From: Candidatus Latescibacterota bacterium
GTDB taxonomy: Bacteria > Latescibacterota > UBA2968 > GCA-2709665
DNA: 64,000 nt
Direction of reading: 5' to 3'
NCBI GenBank assembly: GCA_965222075.1
Contig: OZ244937.1
Location: forward strand, 2,368,001-2,432,000
This document shows, piece after piece, positions 29,733-39,669 of the stretch. The notes under the pieces are model-generated. The model was not told where the DNA came from. It searched no databases and saw nothing but the letters and a program-made list of their open reading frames with translations. Numbering within the stretch: position 1 is the first letter of the stretch; every line of letters starts with the position of its first letter. Both the position numbers and the translations under genes were made by a program.

Positions 29733-29793
29733 AATCGTAGGGACGTCCCTTGTGCACGCCCAATACGGCGAAAACGACGCAACCGACCATACC

Positions 29794-31050
29794 TCACAGA
29801 TACAGGCCGATCATGCAGCCGGTGAGCATCGTCGCCAGGGTGCCCCCCAGCAGCGAGCGCAGACCCAGTCGCGCCAGATCGCCGCGGCGGTCGGGTGCGA
29901 TGCCGCCAATACCGCCTATCATAATCGCGACGGAGCCGAAGTTGGCGAATCCGCACATGGCGTACGCCGCAATAACAAAAGCGCGTTGCTGGAGGGGATC
30001 CGGTCCGCCCATGTGCCGCGACAGCTCCACGTACGCGACGAACTCGTTGAGAATCGTCTTCAGGCCCATGAGCTCGCCGACGACCCGGGCTTCGCTCCAC
30101 GACAGACCCATGAGCCAGACGAAGGGACGAAACACCCAGCCGGCGGCCGCCTGCAGGCTCCAGTCGCCCGCGCCGGCGTTGACCATCACCTCCACCCTGC
30201 CGATGACGAGGTTGGCCAGGGCGACGAGGCCGATAAAAGCGACGAGCATGGCGAGGATGTTGATCACCAAATGCATGCCTTCGGCAGCGCCGCGAGCCGC
30301 AGCGTCGAGACCGTTCAGCGTATCGTCGCGCGGAAGTTCCACCTGACGGTGTGAGGTGACAGGCTCACCAGTCTCCGGGATCATGAGTTTGGCCACCGCA
30401 ATCGCCGCCGGGGCGCTGATCAGCGAAGCCGTGAACAGATGGCCGGCGATGTCGGGATGAGCGGAACCCAGAATGGTCGCGTAGATGACCATCACCGTAC
30501 CGGCGATCGTGGCCATGCCGACGGTCATCAGACAGAACAACTCACTCTCGGTCATGCGGCTTACGTAGGGTCTTATCAGCAGCGGGGATTCCGTCATGCC
30601 CAGGAAAACGTTGGCCGCAGATCCCACGCTCTCTGCCGAACTGAGCCCAAGGGACTTCTGCATGGCCAGACTGAGGCGACTGATCACCCAGGGCAGGATG
30701 CGGTAGTGGTAGAGCATGCGCGAAACCGCAGCCACAAAAATCAGGATCGCGGCAATCTCCAGGGCGACGATGGGGCCGTACTGACTCGTGAATTCGGGGT
30801 TCGAAAGTCCCGAGAACAGCAGCGACTCGTTGGCCTTCAGCGCGGTTGCGCGCAGCATCCCCGTCAGGGCGTTGATGACGCCGAAGACGTAATGCCGCAG
30901 TCCCGTTTGAACGAGGAGGCCCGTGAGCAGCAGCTGCAGACCACTGGCGACGGCGACGGTTTTCCACGGGATTCGCCTCGTGCGCGTGCCCACGGACCAG
31001 GCGATGGCCAGGAGCACGACATAGCCGATGGCGCTGTGCAGTATCGTCAT
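29794..31050 (-). CDS. NupC/CNT nucleoside transporter
   Basis: ANVFLGMTESP, GMATIAG, KTILNEFVAY, CGFANFGS. Confidence 0.93.
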   Translation of the reverse strand: MTILHSAIGYVVLLAIAWSVGTRTRRIPWKTVAVASGLQLLLTGLLVQTGLRHYVFGVINALTGMLRATALKANESLLFSGLSNPEFTSQYGPIVALEIAAILIFVAAVSRMLYHYRILPWVISRLSLAMQKSLGLSSAESVGSAANVFLGMTESPLLIRPYVSRMTESELFCLMTVGMATIAGTVMVIYATILGSAHPDIAGHLFTASLISAPAAIAVAKLMIPETGEPVTSHRQVELPRDDTLNGLDAAARGAAEGMHLVINILAMLVAFIGLVALANLVIGRVEVMVNAGAGDWSLQAAAGWVFRPFVWLMGLSWSEARVVGELMGLKTILNEFVAYVELSRHMGGPDPLQQRAFVIAAYAMCGFANFGSVAIMIGGIGGIAPDRRGDLARLGLRSLLGGTLATMLTGCMIGLYL

Positions 31051-31460
31051 GGCTCGTTTCCTCTTTCGAAATCGACCGGCCAGTGGCCAGCAACGCGATA
31101 GGCCTCGTCTTCGCCCGGCCAGGGCGGCATCGTGACGATCACGAAGCGCAACGGCCGATCTCCGATGGTCCTGAATTGGAAGTGCGCGCCGGTAGGAATC
31201 GACAGACTCCCGCCCGGAGCCACATCCACGACCCGCTCCTCGTCACCGTGTCGCCGCCACATTTGGCCTGTGCCCTCAAGACAGTACCAGAGCTCTTCGA
31301 CGGTCCTGTGCGCAACGGGCACGGACACCTCTCCCGGATTCAGTGCGCAGTGGACCATGCTCCCGCGGCGCGTCTCAGACAGCAACCGGATCTCCGAGCC
31401 ATCCGGTGCGAGCACGTCACAATCCCTGGCAAGCTGTTTGTAGTCCAGGACCTGGCCCAT
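31047..31460 (-). CDS. Cupin-domain protein
   Basis: APDGSEIR, HRTVEELWY, IPTGAHFQFR, TMPPWPG. Confidence 0.85.
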   Translation of the reverse strand: MGQVLDYKQLARDCDVLAPDGSEIRLLSETRRGSMVHCALNPGEVSVPVAHRTVEELWYCLEGTGQMWRRHGDEERVVDVAPGGSLSIPTGAHFQFRTIGDRPLRFVIVTMPPWPGEDEAYRVAGHWPVDFERGNEP

Positions 31461-31528
31461 CTCTTAAGGCCTATTACCCGACCGTGAAAGAATACGTCTA
31501 CGGTATTTCCCTCTGGAGCTCACCTCTT

Positions 31529-31816
31529 CTACACCAAAGACAGCCGCTCGACCTTGATTCGGTCGGCTTGTTTCATCGCCTGCGCCAGGTCGTAGGCCGC
31601 CTGTAACCGGTACCACCTGGTCGCGCCCCTGCCGAAGGCCTTGTCGAGGCGGATCGCCATCTCCGGCGAGATCCCCGAATGGCCATTCACAACATCGGAC
31701 AACTGCTTGCGGCTGACGCCAAGCTTCTGTGCGGCTTCCGTCACGGTGAGGCCCAGCGGCTCCAGGCAGTCGTGACGGACGGACAGGCCCGGATGGGGCG
31801 GGTTCTTCATCGGCAT
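31529..31816 (-). CDS. higA: HigA-family antitoxin (orphan)
   Basis: MKNPPHPG...[17 protein letters not shown]...ISPEMAIRL...LQAAYDL. Confidence 0.92.
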   Translation of the reverse strand: MPMKNPPHPGLSVRHDCLEPLGLTVTEAAQKLGVSRKQLSDVVNGHSGISPEMAIRLDKAFGRGATRWYRLQAAYDLAQAMKQADRIKVERLSLV

Positions 31817-31835
31817 ATCACGATCCTTCCTTCGG

Positions 31836-31861
31836 TGTAACCTGTCACCTCTCAGGTTACA
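31836..31861. promoter_or_regulatory. Palindromic TA operator upstream of higA
   Basis: TGTAACCTG-N8-CAGGTTACA, 20 nt from the higA start; no higB between. Confidence 0.7.
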
Positions 31862-31933
31862 ATTTTTCCCACACCTTCTCACCCCATGCGCGATTTTCTC
31901 GGCAGTCTCACGACCTTCGATAATTCCTTGTGA

Positions 31934-33784
31934 TCAGACAGAACGCCCGGTCGACGAAACGGAATGACGCATGCCTGACGGATCCGCGTGGGTTCGGGCA
32001 ACCGGCTGCTGCTCATCCTCTTCAGGCCTGCGTGCGTTCATCTTAGCGGAAATCGACCGGACTTCTCCGAGGAGCGCGAGGATCGCCTTTCGCCCACCTT
32101 TGTGATCGAACCGCTTCCAGGCCTGGCGAAAGTCGTCGCGACAGATCGCGGCCTGACGGCTTTGGCCGCTGATCAGTTGCCCCAGGGCGATGAGCCGGCC
32201 TCGGTTGCTGACGCGCGCAGGGACGCCCTCGGCGTACTGTCGAAGCTGTTGGGTGGCGACGCACGCGTCCTGGAATTCGCCCAGCACATCCTGGAGCTTC
32301 TTTAACCGCTTGATTTGCGGTTTGAGCACCTTTCCGTAGATCGGGTAAAAAAACTCGAACAAATAGCGCAGCCGTTTGCATTGGATCCTGAGCGCGTGGA
32401 GCGACTCGTCGGGAGAGCCGGGCGTGATCGCACGGCCATCGCGACGTACGCTCTTATAGCGTTTCCCAATGAGTTGCCAGGCGGCATCGCCAATCGTGAC
32501 GACGCCGAACGTCTTCATGACCTGCCGCGACGGACCGCGTTCGAGGAACCGGGCAAAGCGATCTTTCAAACGCTCATACCGCCGACTCATCAGGCACGCC
32601 AACAACCGTTTTCGCGCTTTTCGCCACTGATCGGCCAAATGCCGTTGATAGTCGCTCAGGTGCGCGGCATCCGCGGCGGGAATTTCGGCCGCGTAGTGTT
32701 TGAGATTGTCCCGGTAGACATCCAGGTCGCGCACCTCGCCCAGAGCCGCCGCGACCCACCTGAACTCGCGGTTGAACGAACGGATCGAATGGGCGGGCAG
32801 CACGTCTTTGAAAGCTCGAAACGCGGCGCGGAGGCGACGCGTGGACACCCGCATCTGGTGCACCCCTTCCGGCTCCAGGCCTTCCCAGGCCTTTGGCTCC
32901 TGGGCGAGCATTTCCTCAAATTGTTCGAGCAAGCAGCGATACGCCAGGTGAATCGCTGAATCGGTCGGTGACAACTTCTGTTCGTGCAACCTCTGTACAA
33001 AGGGCGTGTCCCTGAACAGCCATCGCATTCGAGGGGCGCGTGGGGGCGACAGGCCCACGGTCTGCAATCCTCGCTCGAACTTACTCAGCCGCGAGGGCAA
33101 AAGGCCGAATTGTTGCTGTATCGTCGTCGCCAGTTGCCGCAACGATTCCTCCCGACCATCCTTTAACTCCATCTCCAACTCGACAAATGCCATACGGCCC
33201 GGCGCCAGCTTGCTGACCGGGACCCTGGTCGTGATGGTTGCCTGGTCGATCGCTATTTCGATCAATGCACCGTCGGAGATGCGGATGTTGAAGAGTCGGC
33301 GGTAGTTGTGTACCCGGAACAGCTCCAGCAGATCCCTTGATCGAAGACCGTTAAGCTGCTCAGCGAACCTTCCGGTGAGGAAAGAATGGCTGTTGTCTTC
33401 CGGAAACGCGACGACTTGCTGTTCCACCTCCAGTCGCTTTTGCACGACATCGTTGCCTGGGTCGATGGATTTCAACGTCAGATTCTTTTTGCCCGAGGCG
33501 TCACGCCATCGGTACGCCCATCCCGCCTTGAAAAGATGCCAGTCGGGCGTATCCCAGTAACCATCCAAGACGTCCACGGCCGAGACCGACTGCACGTCGT
33601 ACGACTGAAGAATATCGATCAGTTCTCTGACTTGCACGGCGTCTTCGATCAGGAACTTCGCTTCGATTTCCGCCCGAGCCGTCTCGGGCATAAGCGGTGG
33701 GTTTCGTGAGTCAGTCGCTTCTCTCGGTAACATAGGGTCCGATTCCGGGTCGAAGGCTGGATCGAGATCGACTTCCCGCTCCAT
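31934..33784 (-). CDS. CYTH + CHAD domain protein (polyphosphate-binding)
   Basis: EIEAKF, ELEMELK, SKFERG (CYTH); VHQMRVSTRRLR, RDLDV, LHALRIQCKRLRY, LQDVLG (CHAD). Confidence 0.9.
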   Translation of the reverse strand: MEREVDLDPAFDPESDPMLPREATDSRNPPLMPETARAEIEAKFLIEDAVQVRELIDILQSYDVQSVSAVDVLDGYWDTPDWHLFKAGWAYRWRDASGKKNLTLKSIDPGNDVVQKRLEVEQQVVAFPEDNSHSFLTGRFAEQLNGLRSRDLLELFRVHNYRRLFNIRISDGALIEIAIDQATITTRVPVSKLAPGRMAFVELEMELKDGREESLRQLATTIQQQFGLLPSRLSKFERGLQTVGLSPPRAPRMRWLFRDTPFVQRLHEQKLSPTDSAIHLAYRCLLEQFEEMLAQEPKAWEGLEPEGVHQMRVSTRRLRAAFRAFKDVLPAHSIRSFNREFRWVAAALGEVRDLDVYRDNLKHYAAEIPAADAAHLSDYQRHLADQWRKARKRLLACLMSRRYERLKDRFARFLERGPSRQVMKTFGVVTIGDAAWQLIGKRYKSVRRDGRAITPGSPDESLHALRIQCKRLRYLFEFFYPIYGKVLKPQIKRLKKLQDVLGEFQDACVATQQLRQYAEGVPARVSNRGRLIALGQLISGQSRQAAICRDDFRQAWKRFDHKGGRKAILALLGEVRSISAKMNARRPEEDEQQPVARTHADPSGMRHSVSSTGRSV

Positions 33785-34175
33785 GGCTCAAAACATACTC
33801 CAAACAGTATATGCTGTCAAGGGCACTTTCAGCCGTCTTTGCGGCAGGCCCATCCTGGATAAGATCGCCTCCGGTCCAAACCGGCGCAAACCGGATGCTC
33901 GCACCTTCTCCGGCTTTGCAGCCTACAGGAGGCGTGGCGCAAATCTCCGGTTGAGGCCCCTGTCCGAAGCAGCGGTCATATATTACCGGGAACGGAGATT
34001 ACCGCGATTTTGGACAACCGATTGACGCACCCGGCCCTTTGTTCCCATGCCTTCGGCGAGACCTTTTCTTGCACGCCCAAGAAAAAGGCCCAAAAAGAAG
34101 GGCGCCTGCCTGTGCGTCGCACGCAATTAAGTAAACTTGCGTAGACACAAAGTTTTGTGTAGTATCATGCCAGTC

Positions 34176-34256
34176 ATGCGCAAAATCCTCATCACCTGGA
34201 TCGGGCATGTGGACCTCCGTGCTCCCGAAAAGAAAAAGATCCTTTCCTGGTCGTGA
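34176..34256 (+). pseudogene. N-terminal stub resembling RtcR-like sigma54 activators
   Basis: MRKILITWIGHVDLRA; palindrome ACACAAA-N2-TTTGTGT at 34145-34160; family match from recall only. Confidence 0.4.
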
Positions 34257-34365
34257 ATTGTGGCGCCATCCCTCCCAAATCCGCACAGGTGAAACTGCTT
34301 CGAGCACTCCACAAAGGGCTGGTCTATGAAGAGGGCTGATCTGGGACCGGAGATAATAATAATTA

Positions 34366-35319
34366 ATGAAATGGGCACCTCGCATAAAGCCGCTGAAAAT
34401 CCGCCGTCTTTACAGGCTTTCTCGCATCGGCGTATATGATGATGAACTTCTACTCGAAGTAGGCTGGGGCTTGTATGCTCGGTGCAGGGATGTCGCAGCT
34501 GTGGCTCGTGCCATTGACTATGGCGAAGTCCCTTGTCCTCAATGCGGGACGAACGTGAAACGCAGAAACGTATTGTCACCAGCGGAAAGCGTCTGTCTTT
34601 TTTCCGAAAAAACTTATCGGTCGGGCTGGTTCCACTGCTCTTATTGCCTGAAACGTCTCTTATGGAGCGACTGCCGGGATGCCCTTCGGGAAACCCCTCG
34701 CTGCTTCGACTGCTATTCCATGTTGAAATTGAACGCTGAAACAAATCGGCTGGAATGCCAGTGCGGAAAATCCTGGGCGGCCCACCAATACCGGCAATCA
34801 GTTACTCGTCGGCTTCGTCTTCCCTGCCCAGAGTGCGGATCTCTTATCCGAAGACCGAATTCCCAAAGCAATCGCCGGGATGCAAGTAATGACGGTGAAC
34901 GCAAAGCCTCCTCTGCAAACCGTGAGTTCCTCTGTCCCAAATGCGGGAAGACGGCCGTACATTCGGGAGGCTACCTTCACTGTCCGCATTGTGATTACCG
35001 GCGCCGATGGAGAAACTTTCGTAAGTCACTGAAACGGCGCGATGAGAAACTGCTCTGCCATGGATGCGGCCACATCTTTAAGTGGCAGACGTGGAGGAAG
35101 GAAGTTTCGAGTCTAAAACTGAGAACAGGCCACCCATTCCCTGCACAGCTATTCATTGAAAAATGGCCCAGCTGCAAGAAACCTGAAGAAAAGATGCTCC
35201 AAATTGATTTCCTGATCCAGGCCCTGCATGGCCGCGGAGCATTGGCTCCCGTATTTATTGCGGGGAATGAGCGGAATATCCGTCAGTTACTTGACCAACT
35301 GGGGGCGCAGGTCGTCTGA
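34366..35319 (+). CDS. Cys-rich multi-zinc-ribbon hypothetical protein
   Basis: CPQC, CSYC, CFDC, CQC, CPEC, CPKC, CPHC, CHGC. Confidence 0.8.
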   Translation: MKWAPRIKPLKIRRLYRLSRIGVYDDELLLEVGWGLYARCRDVAAVARAIDYGEVPCPQCGTNVKRRNVLSPAESVCLFSEKTYRSGWFHCSYCLKRLLWSDCRDALRETPRCFDCYSMLKLNAETNRLECQCGKSWAAHQYRQSVTRRLRLPCPECGSLIRRPNSQSNRRDASNDGERKASSANREFLCPKCGKTAVHSGGYLHCPHCDYRRRWRNFRKSLKRRDEKLLCHGCGHIFKWQTWRKEVSSLKLRTGHPFPAQLFIEKWPSCKKPEEKMLQIDFLIQALHGRGALAPVFIAGNERNIRQLLDQLGAQVV

Positions 35320-35355
35320 GCTTTCAGGTGCTCCAGGAACTCTACCCGACCCTCT

Positions 35356-35409
35356 GAACTGATCGCGGGTCAACTTCCCAAGCGACAGCAGCATCTGGTT
35401 GAGGCCTGG
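35356..35409 (+). pseudogene. DUF4160 toxin-like remnant
   Basis: ELIAGQLPKRQQHLVEAW directly before the DUF2442 gene. Confidence 0.65.
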
Positions 35410-35422
35410 AAAGGAGATCGAC

Positions 35423-35725
35423 ATGCATCATCCCATATATCGCGTAATATTTTTTGAAATACACGCGCCCTATACGCTTCGAGTTTGTTTTGACGATGAT
35501 ACGGAACAGATTATCGATTTCCAGGCCATATTGGAAGGTGAATTATTCGGTCCACTTCGTGATTTATCCTTATTCAATCAAGTTCGGATTGATCCCGAGG
35601 TCTATACTCTGGTATGGCCGAATGGGGCTGATTTTGATCCAGCCACTTTACATGATTGGCCTCAGCATCTTCCCGAACTTAAGCGCATGGGCAAGCGTTG
35701 GTCTCTTGCCGGGACGAAGAATTAA
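35423..35725 (+). CDS. DUF2442 antitoxin-like protein
   Basis: YTLRVCFDDD...GELFGPLRD...TLVWPNGADFDP. Confidence 0.85.
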   Translation: MHHPIYRVIFFEIHAPYTLRVCFDDDTEQIIDFQAILEGELFGPLRDLSLFNQVRIDPEVYTLVWPNGADFDPATLHDWPQHLPELKRMGKRWSLAGTKN

Positions 35726-35747
35726 CGCGGTCTTAAAGAGGTCTATT

Positions 35748-36116
35748 ATGCAGGCAGTCGTGAAAACGCCCCGTATTGAAATCAACATCAAGGGAGAGAT
35801 TCCCGACAAGTTGATGTCCGTGTTGGAAGAGGAGTACGGCGAACAGGTTCAACTTTCCGAAGATAACGACGAAGAGCACGTTAATATCTTTGAGACCGAT
35901 TGGTATCGGAGTATCAAATCAGGAATGACACCGGGCAATAATTTGAGGATTTACCGGGAGAATCACGGTTTGACTCAGGCCAGGCTGGGTGAGATGCTTG
36001 GCGGTGTTCCTCGCCAGCATATCTCAAATATGGAGAGAGAGGTGAGGTCGATCAGCCTGAGAACAGCACGAAAACTGGCAGAGATATTCAAAATATCCCC
36101 TGAGAAGTTCATTTGA
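35748..36116 (+). CDS. XRE-family HTH antitoxin (orphan)
   Basis: TPGNNLRIYRENHGLTQARLG...HISNME; upstream stub EVYYAGSRENAPY* (35738-35779) overlaps its start. Confidence 0.85.
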   Translation: MQAVVKTPRIEINIKGEIPDKLMSVLEEEYGEQVQLSEDNDEEHVNIFETDWYRSIKSGMTPGNNLRIYRENHGLTQARLGEMLGGVPRQHISNMEREVRSISLRTARKLAEIFKISPEKFI

Positions 36117-36316
36117 GGACTGGAAATAGCAAACAGGACTCAACATTAACCCACGTGTTAGGGTTCACTCCCTGCGGTCACCCCGACTCAAATGGCAGTG
36201 GGTTCGTGTGTTGACTTGATCGAACACCCCATTGCCTCCGGGCGACTTAAGAACGGTATACCATGGACCAGAAACTGCGCCGCAAGTTCAAACGGATCAC
36301 AGACATCCTCTGGGCG

Positions 36317-36769
36317 GTCAAAACCTCCGTCCTCGTCTTCCGCCGCCCCGCGACCGGGCCGGAGGAGGGCCAGACCGCGACGAAACACGTGTGATTCTAC
36401 GAGATCCGCAACGACGGCTACGACCCCGACAAGATCCAGGGCGGCGGCCGTCCCGAAACACCGGAGAAGAACGACATCCCCGGCCTGCTCGCAGCGTGGG
36501 CCGATTACAAAGCCTCCCGCTTCGAGAAACCACCCGGCGAGGAGGCCTGCGCCCTGCTCGAACCGGGCAGGGACGAGCCCCGCTGCTGGTGGACGACCTT
36601 CGAGACCATCGCCGGGAACGACTACAACCTCGCCGCCTCCCGCTACAAGCCGCGTGTTGCCGAAGCGGTCCCCGACGAAGACCCGGCGGAACTGATCCGC
36701 GAGGTCCTGGCGATCGAACGCGAGATCACAGCGGGCCTGGAGAAACTGCTCGAAGAGGTGGAAAAGTAG
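36317..36769 (+). pseudogene. hsdM: Type I R-M methyltransferase HsdM, C-terminal remnant
   Basis: VKTSVLVF...HV*FYEIRNDGY...NDYNLAASRYK...EREITAGLEKL; in-frame TGA at 36392; 5' part absent. Confidence 0.75.
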
Positions 36770-36806
36770 CTCCAGAGACTTGATCTGCGGATACTGGAGG
36801 TCCAGC

Positions 36807-37049
36807 ATGAAGAACATCACAATCACCCTGCCGGAGCATGTCCTCCGGTGGCTGCGGGTCAAGGCCGCCGAGAACGAGCGCAGCGTCTCCAAATGGCTGG
36901 CCGAACTGCTGGAAAGGATGCAGCGCCAGGAAGACGAGTACGAGGTCGCAATGAAGCGCTACCTGGCGATGAAGCCACGCAAGATCAACTGGCGGGACGG
37001 CCGCAGGCCGACACGCGAGGAATTGTATGACCGGCCCGGTCTTCGTTGA
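36807..37049 (+). CDS. Ribbon-helix-helix VapB-like antitoxin
   Basis: MKNITITLPEHVLRWLRVKAAENERSVS...TREELYDR; GGAGG RBS. Confidence 0.85.
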   Translation: MKNITITLPEHVLRWLRVKAAENERSVSKWLAELLERMQRQEDEYEVAMKRYLAMKPRKINWRDGRRPTREELYDRPGLR

Positions 37050-37130
37050 CACGACCCGGTTCGGGTGATCAATCCGTTTGCGTCGCCGGACCGGACGCCG
37101 GAAGAGATACTGGAAGCCCTGGCGTCGTGA
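37027..37130 (+). pseudogene. PIN/VapC toxin with large internal deletion
   Basis: N-terminus MTGPVFVDT joined out of frame to C-terminus VRVINPF...EALAS*. Confidence 0.75.
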
Positions 37131-37293
37131 GCAGTGTGATCGTCGTGGCACATCTGGTAATGCCACCAATCGCACACCTGGGAGGGCGTTGCCTACACCG
37201 TCAGTTTCGGCATGACTCTGCTCTACTGGCGCCGGGTTCTCTGAGAAGAACCTGTGCCTCATGATCGCGTGTGACAATCAAGGAGGTACAAAC

Positions 37294-37539
37294 TTGAAAT
37301 CGATTGACAGAGACATCGTAATCCCCGCGGACGGCACGTTGCCGCAGGATTTCCGCGAAGCATTTGGCCGGAAGGCCCGTGTCGTCGTCTACCTGAAGGA
37401 CGACGAGTTCCAAAATACGCAACTCAACCAACGCCTGATGAGCCTCGCCGGCAAAATTCGGGCATTCCGAGACATTGACGACCCGGTTGGCTTGCAGCGC
37501 GACCTTCGAAATTCGTGGAAGCGTGGTTGGGACCAATGA
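37294..37539 (+). CDS. Putative VapB-type antitoxin
   Basis: GGAGG then TTG start; C-terminal DDPVGLQRDLRNSW; overlaps the vapC start. Confidence 0.7.
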   Translation: MKSIDRDIVIPADGTLPQDFREAFGRKARVVVYLKDDEFQNTQLNQRLMSLAGKIRAFRDIDDPVGLQRDLRNSWKRGWDQ

Positions 37540-37907
37540 CTACCGACCGTTTCCTGATTGACACCAATATCTTCATACTGTTGTTCAACAACCGTCTGGC
37601 GGAGCCTTTGCCGCCGGGCGAGCTTGCATGTTCGATAATCACCGAAATGGAATTGCTGTCTTTTCCGACTATTACTCCGCCGGAGGAAGTGTCGATACGC
37701 GAGATGCTTGCTGGCTTGACGGTGTACGGTATTGACCAGGAGACAAAAGAGAAAGCGATTCGTTTACGGCGCGACTTACAGCTCAAATTGCCCGATGCAA
37801 TCATCGTCGCGACTGCGATTTGCCACCATGCCGTCCTGCTAACGAATGACGCCGAGTTGGGAAGCGTCCCGGGTTCGAGAAGCCGGACCATAACGGTGAG
37901 CCAATAG
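37536..37907 (+). CDS. vapC: PIN-domain VapC toxin, apparently intact
   Basis: LIDTN, TEMELL, KLPDAIIVATA, LLTND acidic residues present. Confidence 0.9.
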   Translation: MTTDRFLIDTNIFILLFNNRLAEPLPPGELACSIITEMELLSFPTITPPEEVSIREMLAGLTVYGIDQETKEKAIRLRRDLQLKLPDAIIVATAICHHAVLLTNDAELGSVPGSRSRTITVSQ

Positions 37908-37967
37908 ATGAAGGGAAGCCAAATTCGTCCGAGCGGGGCTGGAGAAGTCGCTGAGCGAGGTAGAGCA

Positions 37968-38735
37968 ATGACCCAGGTCACCGACACACTCATAGACCGG
38001 ATGGTCCGGGCCATCGTTGACGAAGTCGATCCCGAGCAGGTGATCCTTTTCGGCTCCCGCGGCCGGGGCGACGAGCGGCAAGATTCGGATGTGGATCTGG
38101 TCGTCGTGGAAGCCGAGCCCTTCGGCCCGGAGCGAAGTCGCCACAAAGAGATGGTCAGACTCTACCACGCGCTGGCGGGCTTTCCCGTCCCCGCCGACAT
38201 CCTCGTCTACTCCCATGAAGACGTCGACTACTGGCGCGACTCCCTCAACCACGTCCTGGCGCGGGTGCTGCGGGAAGGGCGGGCACTTTATGAGCAACAG
38301 CCCGTACCGATGGCGGAGTGCTGCGCGAAAGCAAGGTGCTCTTTCCGCGATGTCAAATGCGCCCGGATGCTCGTCGAAGCGACTGAACGCCATGTCCTCA
38401 CGCTCCGGAACCTGACTGCCGCCGCGCCGGAAGAATCGTTTGGATTCCATGTGCAACAGGCAGCGGAGAAGGCGTTCAAAGCCTGGCTCGCACTGCTGGG
38501 TGAGATGTACCCGCTCACCCACAATCTCGAAGCGCTGCTGGGCCTCCTCGCCGACCGGGGCGTCGCTACGAAACCTTTCCGGAAGCTGATCAACTACACA
38601 CCCTACGCCGTCAAGTTTCGTTATGAGGGTGTCAACTCGAGTACCGAGCCGATTGATCGCGAGGATGCGCTCACACTCGTCGAAACGCTGCTAAAACAGG
38701 TCCGGCGGCAGCTGGCAGAACAGGAGGGGGCGTGA
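37968..38735 (+). CDS. Minimal nucleotidyltransferase (MNT) fused to HEPN domain
   Basis: LFGSRGRG...DSDVDL (MNT); FHVQQAAEKAFKA...THNL...RY (HEPN); single ORF. Confidence 0.85.
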   Translation: MTQVTDTLIDRMVRAIVDEVDPEQVILFGSRGRGDERQDSDVDLVVVEAEPFGPERSRHKEMVRLYHALAGFPVPADILVYSHEDVDYWRDSLNHVLARVLREGRALYEQQPVPMAECCAKARCSFRDVKCARMLVEATERHVLTLRNLTAAAPEESFGFHVQQAAEKAFKAWLALLGEMYPLTHNLEALLGLLADRGVATKPFRKLINYTPYAVKFRYEGVNSSTEPIDREDALTLVETLLKQVRRQLAEQEGA

Positions 38736-39303
38736 TGAAGTGGCCTAGACCCCGTCTCAGGCAGCTTCTACTCGACGCGAGAAGCGGAACATGGGGCTCC
38801 CCACCAGACGAATCGAAGCCTGTGTATCCGGTGTTGCGCTCCACAAACATTCAGGATGGCAAGCTCGTAGTTGACAACCCGGCACTACGGACGCTGTCTG
38901 AGAACACTGTTGAGAAGTATCATGAGAAGGAGACATACTCGTAACAACTTCGTCGGGAAGCTCACGCCTTCTCGGAAAGAACGCGATTATAGAGAACCTT
39001 CCTGGAAACAACGATAAGTACGTGTTCTCAAACTTCACATGGAGACTCCGTCCAGTCGTGAGCCATGTGCTCCCAAAATTCCTCTATTACTACCTCAATT
39101 CTCCTACTGCTCGCACCGAACTTGAACGCATCCAAAGCACGACCAGCGGTCTCAGAAAGCTGAATATCGAAACCCTGAAGACAGTTCTGTATGAAATATT
39201 TGTCCTTCCAGACGAGAAGAAACAACGCATTAGCGCGATACAGCAGCTTCGGGAACAGGCCCTTGGGAAAAGCGCGAATAGAACAACTGAGGTGAATCAA
39301 TGA
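38732..39303 (+). pseudogene. hsdS: Type I R-M specificity subunit HsdS remnant, frameshifted
   Basis: PVLRSTNIQDG / EGDILVTTSSGS...GK / FSNF...LRP...PKFLYYYLNS spread over several frames. Confidence 0.75.
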
Positions 39304-39524
39304 ACACCAAGGCAATCAGCAGGAATCCTGGCATCCTCGGCGGAACCCCGGTGTTCTCTGGAACCAGAGTCCCGATACGTATCCTGATCGAACACCTGGA
39401 AGCAGGGGACCGTCTCGACGACTTCCTTGACAGCTACCCCACAGTGTCACGTGACCAGGCGATTGAGGTACTCAAAACCGCGAAAATGGCACTGACCGGG
39501 AAATCGGATGAAGCTGTTGTTTGA
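39300..39524 (+). CDS. DUF433 antitoxin
   Basis: PGILGGTPVFSGTRVP...FLDSYPTV. Confidence 0.9.
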   Translation: MNTKAISRNPGILGGTPVFSGTRVPIRILIEHLEAGDRLDDFLDSYPTVSRDQAIEVLKTAKMALTGKSDEAVV

Positions 39525-39669
39525 CGAGTCCATGCCGAGACCACTCGGGGCGTACTTCCCGAGATCATTCGAGATACTTACGGTCCAGCGCATGGGCTGG
39601 ACGGGACGATCGAACGGTGATCTCCTGCGCCTGGACGCGGCCCACGAATTCGAGCAATTCGAATGGTGA
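39508..39669 (+). pseudogene. DUF5615 PIN-like toxin, truncated
   Basis: MKLLFDESMP...TVQRMGWTG..NGDLL stops after ~53 aa. Confidence 0.8.

Noticed and set aside
36392-36394. TGA recoding (Sec or Trp) in hsdM
   Set aside because: The gene also lacks its 5' part and TGA is a normal stop throughout the window; a nonsense mutation is simpler
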